From a virus, in the IMG/VR virus record IMGVR_UViG_3300037258_001214, positions 30,376 through 94,375 of that record: DNA of 64,000 nucleotides; one strand, written 5' to 3'. The position numbers and the translations under genes are program-made. The notes under the pieces were generated by a model that was not told where the DNA came from, searched no databases, and was given only the letters and a program-made list of their open reading frames with translations. Shown here piece after piece: positions 25,071-34,939 of the stretch; the stretch's first letter is position 1, and every line of letters starts with the position of its first letter.

Positions 25071-25313
25071 GTGGCCACCGCAACGGCACCGATCACCAGC
25101 GAGGAAGCGGCCACGCTGTTCCGCCTGGAAGCGCACGTCGTCCTGCGGCCGGCCGAGCAGGACAAGCTCGGTGCCACCGACCTCTTCGAGGCCGTCCAGG
25201 ATCTCCTGGAGCGCAAGGGCGTCAACCGGGCGGACTGCTTCCTGGAGGCGATGCGGACCGACCCTGGCAGTCGCTATGCACAGGACCACACCCACGACAG
25301 CCCGGAGCCGTAG
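25071..25313 (+). CDS. Hypothetical protein
   Basis: Operon member. Confidence 0.6.
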   Translation: MATATAPITSEEAATLFRLEAHVVLRPAEQDKLGATDLFEAVQDLLERKGVNRADCFLEAMRTDPGSRYAQDHTHDSPEP

Positions 25314-25315
25314 CC

Positions 25316-25540
25316 ATGGCAGGCAAGCACGTCCCCTCGTCAGCCGCCCCAGGCTCGACGCAGGACGCATCGGGGAAGGTCGGCGCCCATTACGCGGCGC
25401 CGACCTCCTCCGGGGCGGACTCGACCGCTGACATGCGGGACGGGGACTCCGACTCGGGATCGTGGGCACCGGACGAGCCCGCGACGACGGTTCCGGGGTC
25501 GGCGGCGAGCGAGGCCCTGCGCGGCGGCGGCACGCCGTGA
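25316..25540 (+). CDS. Small acidic disordered protein
   Basis: GGAG RBS. Confidence 0.55.
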   Translation: MAGKHVPSSAAPGSTQDASGKVGAHYAAPTSSGADSTADMRDGDSDSGSWAPDEPATTVPGSAASEALRGGGTP

Positions 25541-25842
25541 TCCCGTTCGGCGAGCGCTCCCTCATCCAGGTGTGGTGGACCGACACGACCAACGTCGCGG
25601 GCGGCTGGCATGACGAGGGAGACCTCGCCGCCTTCGCCACGAACGGCGCCTGGGAGGCCAGCAACACCGGCTGGCTCGTCTACGAGGACGAGTTGTGCAT
25701 CGTGCTCGCCGGCCGGATGACCGACGACGGGAAGCATGTCGGCCTCGTCGAGCGGATCCCGAAGGCCGCGATTACCTCCAGGACGGCCTGGTCCTCGCTC
25801 GGAAACATAGACCGGCCCGTGTCATCGCTGGCCAATCCATAA
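25537..25842 (+). CDS. Conserved phage small beta protein
   Basis: LIQVWW.D.....GW ... TGWLV.E ... IPK..I. Confidence 0.65.
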   Translation: MIPFGERSLIQVWWTDTTNVAGGWHDEGDLAAFATNGAWEASNTGWLVYEDELCIVLAGRMTDDGKHVGLVERIPKAAITSRTAWSSLGNIDRPVSSLANP

Positions 25843-25860
25843 CCGCTATCTATACGATTT

Positions 25861-25882
25861 CGGCAACCGGGCCGCAACGGCC
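25861..25882 (+). promoter_or_regulatory. Late double-hairpin element, copy 4 (before scaffold)
   Basis: CG-GCAAC-CG, GGCC-GCAAC-GGCC; TACGAT at 25853. Confidence 0.6.
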
Positions 25883-25907
25883 GCCTAGCCCTGTAACAGG
25901 AGTACTC

Positions 25908-26894
25908 ATGCACGACACCAGGCCAGCGCCCGGGGAGATCATCGGCTACCGCAAGGACGGCCGGCCTATCCGCCTGGCGGCCGGCGGGTCTGAGACGGCG
26001 GTGGAAACACCCCCGGCTCCTCCGTCCGCACCCGCGCCGCCCCAGCAGCCCCCGCCAGCTCCGCCCGCCGCGCCGCCAGCACCGGCCCAGCCTCAGCAGC
26101 AGGCCCCGGCCGCCCCTGCGCAGCCTGCCGCACCAGCAGCACCTGCACCGGCTGCGGAACCCGACTGGAAGGCTCAGGCCGAGACCTCCCGGCAGGAAGC
26201 CGTCACCGCCCGCGCCGAAGCCGACCGGCTCAAGGCCGAGGCCGAACGGTGGAAGCAGCAGTCCCGCCAGCAGGAAGCCCGCTCCAAGGCCAACCACCAG
26301 CAGGTGCGGGGCCTGGAGGGCGTGGTCCGGCAGATCGCGGAGAAGCTCGAGATCCCCTTCGACGACAAGCCGGACCCCGAAGAGGTCGCCCGCAGGCTCA
26401 CCGAGGCGCAGACGGTCGCCCGGCAGAGGACCGTCGAGCTGGCCGTCTACACCACCGCGGCCGAGGCCGGGGCGATGGCCGCGGCGCTGCTGGACTCCCG
26501 CGAGTTCATGGCCCGCACCGCGATGCTCGACCCGGATGCGGCGGACTTCCCCTCCCAGGTGGCCGACCTGGTGAGGGAAGCGGCGCAGATGCCGAAGTAC
26601 CAGGCCCCGGCTCCGCCTCCGCCGCCCGCGCTGACACCGCAGGTCACCCAGCCGCCGTCCCAGCAGCAGCCCGCCGCCCAGTTCCAGCAGCCCCCGGCGC
26701 AGCCGCCCGCCGCGTCCAGCGGCGCCGACTTCAACGGCGCCCCGGGCGGGAACCGGATGTGGACCCAGGCCGACTACGACTACTGGACCGCGCCGGGACG
26801 TGACCGGGACGGGTCGATCATGTCCAAGGCGATCGCGGACGGCCTGCTGGTCAACCTGGGGGTCGGGAAGCCGTCAAGGAAGTCACGGCGGTAG
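25908..26894 (+). CDS. Capsid scaffolding protein
   Basis: IIGYRKDGRPIRLAAGG N-terminus, Pro/Ala/Gln linker, coiled coil, SSGADF; upstream of the major capsid gene. Confidence 0.8.
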   Translation: MHDTRPAPGEIIGYRKDGRPIRLAAGGSETAVETPPAPPSAPAPPQQPPPAPPAAPPAPAQPQQQAPAAPAQPAAPAAPAPAAEPDWKAQAETSRQEAVTARAEADRLKAEAERWKQQSRQQEARSKANHQQVRGLEGVVRQIAEKLEIPFDDKPDPEEVARRLTEAQTVARQRTVELAVYTTAAEAGAMAAALLDSREFMARTAMLDPDAADFPSQVADLVREAAQMPKYQAPAPPPPPALTPQVTQPPSQQQPAAQFQQPPAQPPAASSGADFNGAPGGNRMWTQADYDYWTAPGRDRDGSIMSKAIADGLLVNLGVGKPSRKSRR

Positions 26895-26898
26895 GGGG

Positions 26899-27618
26899 AT
26901 GCCCGGTCCGGACGTCTTGCCCCCGCTGGCGTATTTCCAGCACCAGATAGTGCTCATCCCGAAGCAGTTCGGCTACGTGGGCAGCTACACCCGTGGCATG
27001 CTCGACGTGGAGCAGGTGCAAGACCGCGCCTTCGGTCAGATGATGTACCGGTTCACCACCAGCGTCCTGTCCGGGCGTACCGTCACCGAGACGCAGCGGG
27101 CGTCGGTCAAGGTGCCTGCCAGCTGGTGGCAGCACCTGAAGAGGACGGCTGGCGAACGGCACGCGGAATGGATCCGGAAGCCGCACAGCCCGTGGCTGCT
27201 GTTCATCCTCCCGCTCGACATCCTCACCATCGTGCCCCGCGTCTACCTCGTCCCGTGGTTCCTGCGCCGGCATCCGGTGAGGTACGCCGAGATCACCGCC
27301 GAAGTCCGCTTCACGCGCGACACGCTCTACCCCGGCGCCGATGTCTCGCTTCCGCATGACCGCTTCGGCGTGCCGGTCATGTGGGAGTCGCTGGAGATCG
27401 CGCCGATGGCCCCGGACGGCGAGCCGTGGACGCTGGACGACTATGGGGCGCCGCGCTTCGTCAGCCGCCATGAGCTTCTCGGCGAGATCTACCGGGACAC
27501 GGACCTGATCAACGCTAGGGGGGCCTTCGGCGGCATGATCACGCCGGACGGTGTCCTCGACTGGCTCGGCCAGCACGGCGTCAGCGTTGACCAGCTCGTC
27601 GCCAGGAGTGCCCTGTGA
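26899..27618 (+). CDS. Hypothetical protein
   Basis: VPASWWQHLK motif. Confidence 0.7.
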   Translation: MPGPDVLPPLAYFQHQIVLIPKQFGYVGSYTRGMLDVEQVQDRAFGQMMYRFTTSVLSGRTVTETQRASVKVPASWWQHLKRTAGERHAEWIRKPHSPWLLFILPLDILTIVPRVYLVPWFLRRHPVRYAEITAEVRFTRDTLYPGADVSLPHDRFGVPVMWESLEIAPMAPDGEPWTLDDYGAPRFVSRHELLGEIYRDTDLINARGAFGGMITPDGVLDWLGQHGVSVDQLVARSAL

Positions 27619-27637
27619 GCGGGCCGCGAGGTGCGGC

Positions 27638-28126
27638 ATGAGCCTGACCACCGACCCGGAGGACCTGCGCCTCGGCCGTGGTGCTGACCGGGAGCCTGGC
27701 CCGCAGAACACGGCCTACCTGGTCCTGTCCGACGGGGAGCGCGCCAAGGGCTTCGTGCGGCCGGTGCGGCTGTCCTACCGGCACGCCGGCATCCCCGGCC
27801 CGCGCTGGCCGCTCCGCGATCTCACCGGCGAGGAGCAGGAACGCTACGCAGGCAGCGGCTACGCCAGGTACGAGGAATACCCGCCTGACGACCTGTCCGC
27901 GCTCGGCCGGTTCTGGACCCAGGCGCAACTCGACGGCATCGGCAAGGGCTGCCGCGCGGTCACGACCATGAACCGGGCCATCGCGGAGACTTACAGCCGC
28001 ACGCCCGGCTTCTACGGGGCCACCTACTGCTGCTCCTGCCGTCTTCACCTGCCCGTGGGGCCGCAGGGAGAGTTCACCTGGATCGAGCCTGACGGGTCGG
28101 AGGCGGGGAACCGCGTTGGCACCTGA
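27638..28126 (+). CDS. Conserved phage Zn-binding hypothetical protein
   Basis: YLVLS..ERAKGFVRPVR.SY.H...C...TTM...IAETY...P.FYGATYC..C. Confidence 0.75.
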   Translation: MSLTTDPEDLRLGRGADREPGPQNTAYLVLSDGERAKGFVRPVRLSYRHAGIPGPRWPLRDLTGEEQERYAGSGYARYEEYPPDDLSALGRFWTQAQLDGIGKGCRAVTTMNRAIAETYSRTPGFYGATYCCSCRLHLPVGPQGEFTWIEPDGSEAGNRVGT

Positions 28127-28436
28127 GCAGGCGGAGGACGCCTACCCCGTCGCCTACTGTGCTCCCGGCCGGCGCTTCGCCGCCGCGCTCACCCTGATGT
28201 TCAAGGGCGAGGAGGTCGCGCGGATCGTCGAGCACCCGTGGCTTGAGGGGACCGCGGGCGTCTACGTCGTGGCCGAAGATCGGCTGGACCTGACCAAGCT
28301 GCTCCCGGTCAGGTGCGAGGTCTCCGAGCCGTTGCCGTGGCGTGACCCCAACTGGGTGTACGGGGCGCTCGTGAACACGCCCATACGGGGCATCTGCCCC
28401 GCTGTAGGCGTAACGGGCATCTCGGCGTTACCATGA
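28116..28436 (+). CDS. Hypothetical protein
   Basis: Overlapping operon member. Confidence 0.55.
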   Translation: MAPEQAEDAYPVAYCAPGRRFAAALTLMFKGEEVARIVEHPWLEGTAGVYVVAEDRLDLTKLLPVRCEVSEPLPWRDPNWVYGALVNTPIRGICPAVGVTGISALP

Positions 28437-28495
28437 GCACGACGCACCCCGCGTCCGCGTACAGGCCGCCAGGCCTCGCGGCGGGGAGCGGTAGC

Positions 28496-28640
28496 CGCCG
28501 GAACGGCGAGCAGTCCGCCCGCAACGGGTAGCACACCTCACTTGAGCAGGAGCTACCTCTTGCACGCGGTACTCGCCTGAACGGCGGCTTTGCTTTACCC
28601 GGAATTGCCGTAACGGCATTTCAAATTCACCCGCAACGGG
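28496..28640 (+). promoter_or_regulatory. Late double-hairpin element, copies 5 and 6, in the major capsid leader
   Basis: CGCC-GGAAC-GGCG/GCCC-GCAAC-GGGT and TGCC-GTAAC-GGCA/CCC-GCAAC-GGG. Confidence 0.7.
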
Positions 28641-28674
28641 ATTCTCGCGAATTCCCTGAAGGGGTGAAATAGAC

Positions 28675-29586
28675 TTGACAGTACTCGCGTTTAAGCCAGA
28701 AGCGTGGTCGAAGGTAATTCTCGCTGCCGAGAAGAAGGCACTTGTCTTCGGTGGCCCGGGAATTGTCAACGATGACTACGAGGGCGAAGTGTCGGGACCG
28801 GGAACAACGGTCCACATCACGCAGTTCGGTGACCCGGAAGTCTCCGACTACGCGCCGAATGAGTCCATTGCCTATCAGGAACTGGACGACGCCGGCCAAG
28901 AGCTGCTCATCGACCAGCGGAAGTATTTCGCGTTCACGATCGACGACGTGGACAAGCGCCAGGCCGCCGGGGACATGCAGTCCTATCTCGAAGACAGGGC
29001 GGCATACAAGCTGGCCGACACCGCGGATCAGTTCATCGCGGGCCTGTACGTCAACTGCGCCAGCGCGAACATCCTCCTGAACAGCGGCACTTCCTCGCTG
29101 ACCGTCGACAACGAGCTGGCCCCGCTGACCTACGGCGGCTCCTCGACCAACCCGGCGGACTTCTACCTCCAGGTCGTCCTGCCGCTGAAAGTCAAGCTAG
29201 ACGAGGCGTACGTCCCGAAGAAGGGCCGCTACCTCGTCGTCCCGCCGTGGGCGGAAGCGCTGCTGGAGCAGACGCAGGCATTCGTCTCCGTCGCCACTCC
29301 CGCGCAGCAGGAGGTATTCACCGAGGGCCTTATCGGGCGTGTCTCCGGATTCGACGTCTACACGAGCAACAACAGTGTCGAATTCGACCAGGCGAATAAC
29401 GGCTGGGTCGTTCAGGCGGGCCACCCGATGGCAATTACTTTCGCGGAGCAGATTGTCCAGACGGAAGCTCTCCGCCTCCAGACGACTTTCGCGGACGCGG
29501 TCCGCGGATTGCACGTCTACGGCGGCCGGCTGGTCCGTCCGGACCACATCGCTGTCGCGGGCGTCAAGCGCCCGGCCGGAATCTGA
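28675..29586 (+). CDS. Major capsid protein (P22-coat-like HK97 fold)
   Basis: FKPEAWS, DYEGEV..PG.TVHI, LLIDQRKYFAF.IDDVD..Q, FADAVRGLHVYG. Confidence 0.93.
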   Translation: MTVLAFKPEAWSKVILAAEKKALVFGGPGIVNDDYEGEVSGPGTTVHITQFGDPEVSDYAPNESIAYQELDDAGQELLIDQRKYFAFTIDDVDKRQAAGDMQSYLEDRAAYKLADTADQFIAGLYVNCASANILLNSGTSSLTVDNELAPLTYGGSSTNPADFYLQVVLPLKVKLDEAYVPKKGRYLVVPPWAEALLEQTQAFVSVATPAQQEVFTEGLIGRVSGFDVYTSNNSVEFDQANNGWVVQAGHPMAITFAEQIVQTEALRLQTTFADAVRGLHVYGGRLVRPDHIAVAGVKRPAGI

Positions 29587-29601
29587 GAGGGGGTAACAGA
29601 T

Positions 29602-30018
29602 ATGTCTCGTACTGCACTGGCCGCTATCCAGCTGGCGCATGTCGGCGGCGTCAGCGCCGGGGCCGGGGTCGAACCCGACCACACGAACGGCAACATCGTC
29701 GCGTCGCCGGGGCCTTTCCGGTCGCTGATCGTCGTGGCGAACGCCGGGTCGGCCATCAACCTGATCGTCCGCGCGAGCGGCTACCAGGGCACGCCCACCG
29801 GGGCGGCGAACTCCGCCTACACGACCGACCAGTACCAGCCGTTCGCCACGGCGAGCATCGGTGACCTGACCTACAGCCTGACCGCTAACGCGACGTCAGT
29901 GATCGACCTGGAGGAGGACACCGAGCGGTTCACCCAGGCGGACGGGTCGATGTGGCTCGACTGGGGGACGCCCACCAACCTCCTGGCCTGGGTGCTCCAG
30001 CGGCCGTACATGCCGTAG
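29602..30018 (+). CDS. Capsid decoration/minor head protein
   Basis: Immediately after the major capsid gene; DHTNGN...F.QADG pattern. Confidence 0.65.
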   Translation: MSRTALAAIQLAHVGGVSAGAGVEPDHTNGNIVASPGPFRSLIVVANAGSAINLIVRASGYQGTPTGAANSAYTTDQYQPFATASIGDLTYSLTANATSVIDLEEDTERFTQADGSMWLDWGTPTNLLAWVLQRPYMP

Positions 30019-30048
30019 CGGCATCACCGCATGCCGTAGCAGACCTGA

Positions 30049-30086
30049 GCGCGGCCCCGGTTTCCTTCCGGCGGCCGGGGCCGCGC
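30049..30086 (+). terminator. GC-rich hairpin after the capsid genes (terminator or mRNA stabiliser)
   Basis: 12-bp perfect IR GCGCGGCCCCGG/CCGGGGCCGCGC. Confidence 0.5.
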
Positions 30087-30123
30087 CCAGCCGGAAGAGG
30101 TACTACGCAAGGAGGCAACACAG

Positions 30124-30579
30124 ATGGCCGCAGCAGCGAACGTCGCGGACCTGCCCGTGATCAGGCTGATCAACCCCGCCACCGGGGTCAGCCTGGAATA
30201 CCAGGGCAGGTGGCTGCGCCCCGGCAAGGCGAGCATGGCCGACGTGAAGCGGGGCATCGCCCGGTACCCCGGTGACAAGGTGTGGCTCACCCTTCCCCCG
30301 GGCGTGCAGAAGCAGCTCGACGCCGGGCGGCTGCAGGTCGCCGGGGAGTTCGCTGCCCGGGAGAGCATCCAGGCGTCCGGGACCGCTGAGTCGCTGATGC
30401 CCAGGGGCAACGCCAGCCACGAGCAGTGGCTGAGCTTCGCCGTCACCCAGGGGATGGACCGGGAGGAAGCCGCGGGGCTGACCCGGGACCAGATCCGGGC
30501 CCGGTTCACTGCGCCCGCGTTCGACCCGGACGCGGCACCGCAGGAGATCGGCGCGGATTTCGAATTGCTGAACGGCTGA
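30124..30579 (+). CDS. Head-region protein with HeH/Rho-N-like C-terminus
   Basis: PRGNASHEQWLSFAV..G....EA..LTRDQI; AAGGAGG RBS. Confidence 0.7.
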   Translation: MAAAANVADLPVIRLINPATGVSLEYQGRWLRPGKASMADVKRGIARYPGDKVWLTLPPGVQKQLDAGRLQVAGEFAARESIQASGTAESLMPRGNASHEQWLSFAVTQGMDREEAAGLTRDQIRARFTAPAFDPDAAPQEIGADFELLNG

Positions 30580-30587
30580 TCTAGCCG

Positions 30588-31347
30588 ATGCCCACCCTGG
30601 CGCCGTACAGCAACGCGAGCTCGGACGTCTTCCCGGGCGGCCTGCTTGAGCTGATCGTCCAGTTCGAGTCCAGCATGAACTCGGGCCAGGCGTGCGCGGC
30701 CAGCGGCGTCACGATCGGCATCACCCAGTCTGGCGCCCCCGACTCCGGCCAGGGCACGCCGGTGGCCACGACCTCAGCCGGGATCGTCACGCTGGGGATG
30801 GGCCTGTACCAGTACACCTGGCCCGTCCCCGAGAGCACCATGCCGGGCACCTACCTGGTGACGTGGACCGGGGTCCGGGCCAGCGACAGCGAGACGGTCA
30901 CGTACTCCCAGGCCGCGACGGTCGCGGCCAACCCGGAGGCCGTCCCGCTGCCCGGCCTGTATGCCAGCGTGGCGCAGTACCGGGCCTGGTCCGGTGACCA
31001 GTGGACCCCGGCGCAGCTGGTCCAGGTGAAACTGCAGCGGGCCACCGAGGACATCGACGTGGCCCTGGTCGCCGCGGTGTACCGCACCGACGCGGACGGC
31101 ATGCCCTTGGACGCGATGCTGGCCAATGTCCTGGTCCGGGCCACCTCGGCGCAGGTGCAGTACCTGCTGGCGGTCAACGACGACAGCGGCATCAAGCGCG
31201 AGTTCGCCAGCACCAGCGTGGGCGGCGTGTCGGCCACCCGGTCGGCGCGGATGCAGGGCGGCGCGCTGCCGCCGCTGGCCCCGCGCGCCCTCTCGATCCT
31301 CCGCGTCGCCGGCGTCCTGCCAGCTGCGCCTCTCATTTCCTGGTTAG
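30588..31347 (+). CDS. Head-tail connector with N-terminal Ig-like domain (stop displaced by +1 T at 31344)
   Basis: YASVAQY, LQRATEDID, ATSAQVQY, SVGGVS, LAPRA..IL..AG.L. Confidence 0.75.
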
Positions 31348-31359
31348 GAGCAGCAAGCA

Positions 31360-31989
31360 ATGTTCACCATCCCCTCGAACGCGAGCCCGGCATCCCCGGT
31401 GACCTACGAGTGGCTCCAGGACCTCATGGAGTCCCAGGCGCAGGAAGCCGTCGCCATCGCCGCGATCGCGGGAGGCTTCCCGGGCCCAGGCGCCAGCGGC
31501 TACCTCGGCTGGTCGGCCCCGGTGTGGCACGCGACCTCCACCGCGGCGCTGACGTCCACCGACATCTACGTGATCGCCGTCTACGTGCCGGTGGCCGGGA
31601 CCGCGACCTTCGTGGACGTGGACGCCACCACCGCGGGCACCGTCACCGTCGCCGACACCGGCCTTTACACCCTGGCCGGGACGAAGCTGGCATCCGCGGC
31701 GACCGCGCAGCTGACCACGAACTCCGCGGCGTGGGGCGCCGGGATCAACACGTGGCAGTACGTCACCCCGGTCGCCCTGGCCGCGGGCGTCTACTACGCG
31801 ACGATCGAGACCACCAGCTCGGGTGCGCCGTCGCTGGCGGCCAGCCCGGCGAGCCCGGTGATCAACTTCAACCTGCCGTCCAACGTCTACAACTACGCGA
31901 CGGACAGCACCGGCACCATCCCGTCCTCGATCACCCCGTCCGGCCTGACCGGCGTGGTGACCGCGCAGCCGTGGGTCGGCATCCGCTAA
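31360..31989 (+). CDS. Virion structural protein (beta-rich)
   Basis: AGGAG RBS; Thr/Ala/Gly-rich beta sandwich. Confidence 0.7.
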   Translation: MFTIPSNASPASPVTYEWLQDLMESQAQEAVAIAAIAGGFPGPGASGYLGWSAPVWHATSTAALTSTDIYVIAVYVPVAGTATFVDVDATTAGTVTVADTGLYTLAGTKLASAATAQLTTNSAAWGAGINTWQYVTPVALAAGVYYATIETTSSGAPSLAASPASPVINFNLPSNVYNYATDSTGTIPSSITPSGLTGVVTAQPWVGIR

Positions 31990-31993
31990 GGCC

Positions 31994-32374
31994 ATGGGAC
32001 GACGGGGACGGCTTGCCAGGACCGCGGCCATCGCCGCCGCGGTCCTCGGCGTGCCGTTCCTGGTCGCCTGGTACGAGCAGGTGCGCCGCTGGGGGGCGGT
32101 CCACACCGGCAGCCTCAACTCGCCCGGCACGCCGCCGAACTACGACTTCTTCAGCGGGTTCGGGTCGATCATCCTGCCTCCGCTGCTGAACGGGCTCGCC
32201 GTCGGGGCCGTGTTCTGGTGGCACCACCAGTGCGGCGTAACCGGGTGCTACTGGTACGCGCGCCGCAAGACCGCAGCGGGAGAGCCGGCCTGCTGGCGGC
32301 ACCACCCCGAGCACAGGCGGACGGCCGCTGACCTGCACGCGGCACACCATGAGGCACGAGGGGGACCGAGGTGA
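31994..32374 (+). CDS. Membrane protein with Cys/His C-terminus
   Basis: Two TM segments; Y.FFSGFG; H.C...GC...C..HHP. Confidence 0.7.
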   Translation: MGRRGRLARTAAIAAAVLGVPFLVAWYEQVRRWGAVHTGSLNSPGTPPNYDFFSGFGSIILPPLLNGLAVGAVFWWHHQCGVTGCYWYARRKTAAGEPACWRHHPEHRRTAADLHAAHHEARGGPR

Positions 32375-32709
32375 ATCCGGAGTGGGTGGCCGCGCTCGTC
32401 GCCCTGGTCGTCGCCGTCGCCGCCGGCCTCGGCTGGGCAGTGCGGTGGGCCTGGCGGGTCCTGCGGCGCGTCGTTCACTTCCTCGATGACTACTCGGGCC
32501 AGCCTGCCCGTGACGGCCTGGCCGCCCGCCCGGGCCTCATGGCCAGGCTCGGCGGCGTCGAGGAACTGCTGGCCAAGGTCGTGGCGGAGACGACGCCGAA
32601 CGGGGGCGGGTCGATGCGGGATGAGGTGGCCCGGACCGCGCGGGACGTCGCCGACATCAAGTCCGAGCAGGCGAAGGTACGCGAGAAGCTCGAAAGGACG
32701 AGCCAGTGA
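32371..32709 (+). CDS. Single-TM coiled-coil membrane protein (lysis accessory-like)
   Basis: TM segment, FLDD..G.P.R.G...RPGLMARL, PNGGGSMRD. Confidence 0.7.
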   Translation: MNPEWVAALVALVVAVAAGLGWAVRWAWRVLRRVVHFLDDYSGQPARDGLAARPGLMARLGGVEELLAKVVAETTPNGGGSMRDEVARTARDVADIKSEQAKVREKLERTSQ

Positions 32710-33032
32710 AAAGACCCACCCCGATGCAGGTCACGGGCAGCTTTATCGCGCTCTCGCTGGTAGTGGGCGGCGGTAGCCTCTGGTCGGGCTATGTCGAGGC
32801 GCACTCGCAGGCCCGGTCGCAGGCTCACGCGGTGCTCGTCATCGAGCAGCGCGAGCAGGCCGCGCAAAAGGCAGCGGGCGTCGTGCTCGGTGACAAGCTG
32901 TGCTCGACGTTCGACACGCTCTCGGCGCTCAAGCCACCTGCGGGTAACCCGAAGGCGAACCCGAGCAGGGCGTACGAGCAAGAGCTGCATGCCGCGCTCG
33001 ACCAGCTCGGCACCGACCTGGGCTGCAGGTAG
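32706..33032 (+). CDS. Membrane-anchored protein
   Basis: N-terminal TM segment, two Cys. Confidence 0.65.
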   Translation: MKRPTPMQVTGSFIALSLVVGGGSLWSGYVEAHSQARSQAHAVLVIEQREQAAQKAAGVVLGDKLCSTFDTLSALKPPAGNPKANPSRAYEQELHAALDQLGTDLGCR

Positions 33033-33038
33033 GCCACG

Positions 33039-33386
33039 GTGGGCGCGGAGACGGCCAATACCTCGGTGACGATCTACCGCGGCACCACGTCCAACCAGTT
33101 CGGCGACCAGGTCGACAGCAACGTCCCGTACATCACCGGCCTCCCCGCGACCCTGATCGAGACCGGCAAGAACACCCAGGATCCGAGCACCCCGACACCC
33201 CGGACGATCCGCGCGATCTACTGCAACGTCCCCGAGTGGGCCGGGGTGCTCAACACTGACCGGATCATGGACGAGCGCACCGGGGATGTCTTCATCGTCA
33301 TCAGCGTGACCAAGCCGCCGACGATCATCGGGGCGCCGGTCGACACGGTCCTGCAACTGAAGCGGATCAGTGCGAACGCGGCCTAG
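33039..33386 (+). CDS. Head closure/stopper protein
   Basis: VTIYRGTT.NQFGD, GLPA.LIE, DRIMDE. Confidence 0.75.
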   Translation: MGAETANTSVTIYRGTTSNQFGDQVDSNVPYITGLPATLIETGKNTQDPSTPTPRTIRAIYCNVPEWAGVLNTDRIMDERTGDVFIVISVTKPPTIIGAPVDTVLQLKRISANAA

Positions 33387-33395
33387 GCTGCGGCC

Positions 33396-33557
33396 ATGAA
33401 GCGGGCATGCGCCGATGGCGACGAGCAGGACGCCTTCACCGGCTGGCGGCACGTGATGTCCTGGCAGCGCGGCGAGCTGCGGAAGATCAAGCGCCGGGCG
33501 GGCAAGCGGGAGCGGCGCGTGGCCAGGGCTGCTATCGAGCGGGGGCGTGGCGGGTGA
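33396..33557 (+). CDS. 53-aa basic phage protein (not in ORF track)
   Basis: MKRACADGDEQDAFTGWRHVMSWQRGELRKIKRRAGKRERR; GTGA overlap. Confidence 0.65.
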   Translation: MKRACADGDEQDAFTGWRHVMSWQRGELRKIKRRAGKRERRVARAAIERGRGG

Positions 33558-34939
33558 CCACGCCCCAGCAGCCTCCGCCCTCAGCCGGTGACGAGCGGGA
33601 GGACACCGCGGCCGAGGCGGGTATCGCCGCCGCCGCCGTCATGGCCGCCGCTGAGGTCACCATCCTCGTGGCCATGGCCGCCGCCATCACCTCAGTCGTC
33701 GCGGGCTCCCTCGGCGTGCAGATGGCCAAGCGGAAGGTCATGCGGGCCGTCGCGGCCGCGCTCGGGGCGGCGTCGGCGAAGATCCGGCAGGTCCACGCGA
33801 CGGCCGCGCAGGACGCCACGGCGGCCGGGGCCCGCGCGGCCGCGTCCGGCGGGCCGGGAGAAGCGGGCGGCGAGGCCGGCGGGCAGCCAGCGGGCAGCCG
33901 CGCGGCACAGGAGCAGGCAGCAGCGGCGACCCAGCCGGGCGCTGGCCCGGGCCGGGCGGAGGCGCCGAAGCGGGTCACCCAGCACAAGGGCCACGGCGCC
34001 GCCCCTCCGCTGCCCGGTGCACCCGGCCAGATCGACAAGGCCGTCCTGAACGCGCAGCGGGACGCCGGGCAGGCGTTCGACGCCGCGATGTTCGCCGCGC
34101 TCGGCGGGAAAGGCTCACCGCTGCCCCCGTCGAACCCGTACCGGGATGCTGTGGACAAGGCCATGCGCAGGCTCACCGGCATCGGGGCGGACGTCAAAGA
34201 CCTCACCGGCGCCGAGCGGGCCGCGCAGTCCCTGTCCAGGCTCAAGGCGTCCCAGGTGGTGCTGGACGACCTGGCCAGCCAGGGCCTGACCGGGTTCACG
34301 GACTCGCGGGGCCGGCGCTGGTCGCTGGACGCCTACGCGGAGATGGCCACCAGGACGGCGGCGTCACGGCTGCACCTGTCCACGCAGCTCGGCATGATGG
34401 CCGAGGCGGGGAACGACCTGGTGATCGTGGACAACCCGAGCAAGGCCGCCCCGTGCCCGCTGTGCCGCCCCTACGAAGGCAAGGTGCTCTCGCTGTCCGG
34501 CAAGACGACGGGCGCCAGCACGATCACCGACGCCAGCGGAGTCGAGCGCACCGAGCAGGTCATGACCTCGCTGGCCGATGCCGTCGCCCACGGCCTGCTC
34601 CACCCGAACTGCCGCCACTCGCTGATCCCGTGGACCGAAGGCGCGGGCGCCGTGGCCACGGCAGGCGGAAAGGAACGCGGCTACGTCGAGCACAACCAGC
34701 CGATCTCGGAGCCCCTGCCGATCGGGACGCCCGGGCAGTACGAGGACGAGCAGAAGCTGCGCGGACACGAGCGGAACGTCCGGGCCGCGTCGATGCGTCT
34801 CGCTGCCGCTGTCACCCCGCAGGCCAAGGTCCAGGCCAGGGCGCGTCTCACGCACGCCAGGGCGGGGCTGGAGGCTCACGTGAAGGCCACGGGAGCACTG
34901 CGGCAGCCCCGCCGCGAGAAAGCCGGCGTGGCGCGCTAG
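33554..34939 (+). CDS. Phage minor capsid protein (MuF/Phage_min_cap2-like)
   Basis: GFTDSRGRRWSLDAYAEMATRT, CPLCRPYEGKV, GLLHPNCRHS. Confidence 0.9.
   Translation: MTTPQQPPPSAGDEREDTAAEAGIAAAAVMAAAEVTILVAMAAAITSVVAGSLGVQMAKRKVMRAVAAALGAASAKIRQVHATAAQDATAAGARAAASGGPGEAGGEAGGQPAGSRAAQEQAAAATQPGAGPGRAEAPKRVTQHKGHGAAPPLPGAPGQIDKAVLNAQRDAGQAFDAAMFAALGGKGSPLPPSNPYRDAVDKAMRRLTGIGADVKDLTGAERAAQSLSRLKASQVVLDDLASQGLTGFTDSRGRRWSLDAYAEMATRTAASRLHLSTQLGMMAEAGNDLVIVDNPSKAAPCPLCRPYEGKVLSLSGKTTGASTITDASGVERTEQVMTSLADAVAHGLLHPNCRHSLIPWTEGAGAVATAGGKERGYVEHNQPISEPLPIGTPGQYEDEQKLRGHERNVRAASMRLAAAVTPQAKVQARARLTHARAGLEAHVKATGALRQPRREKAGVAR

Noticed and set aside
31348-32189. C-terminal half of the 533-aa ORF
   Set aside because: Off-frame over genes 31360 and 31994; caused by a displaced stop
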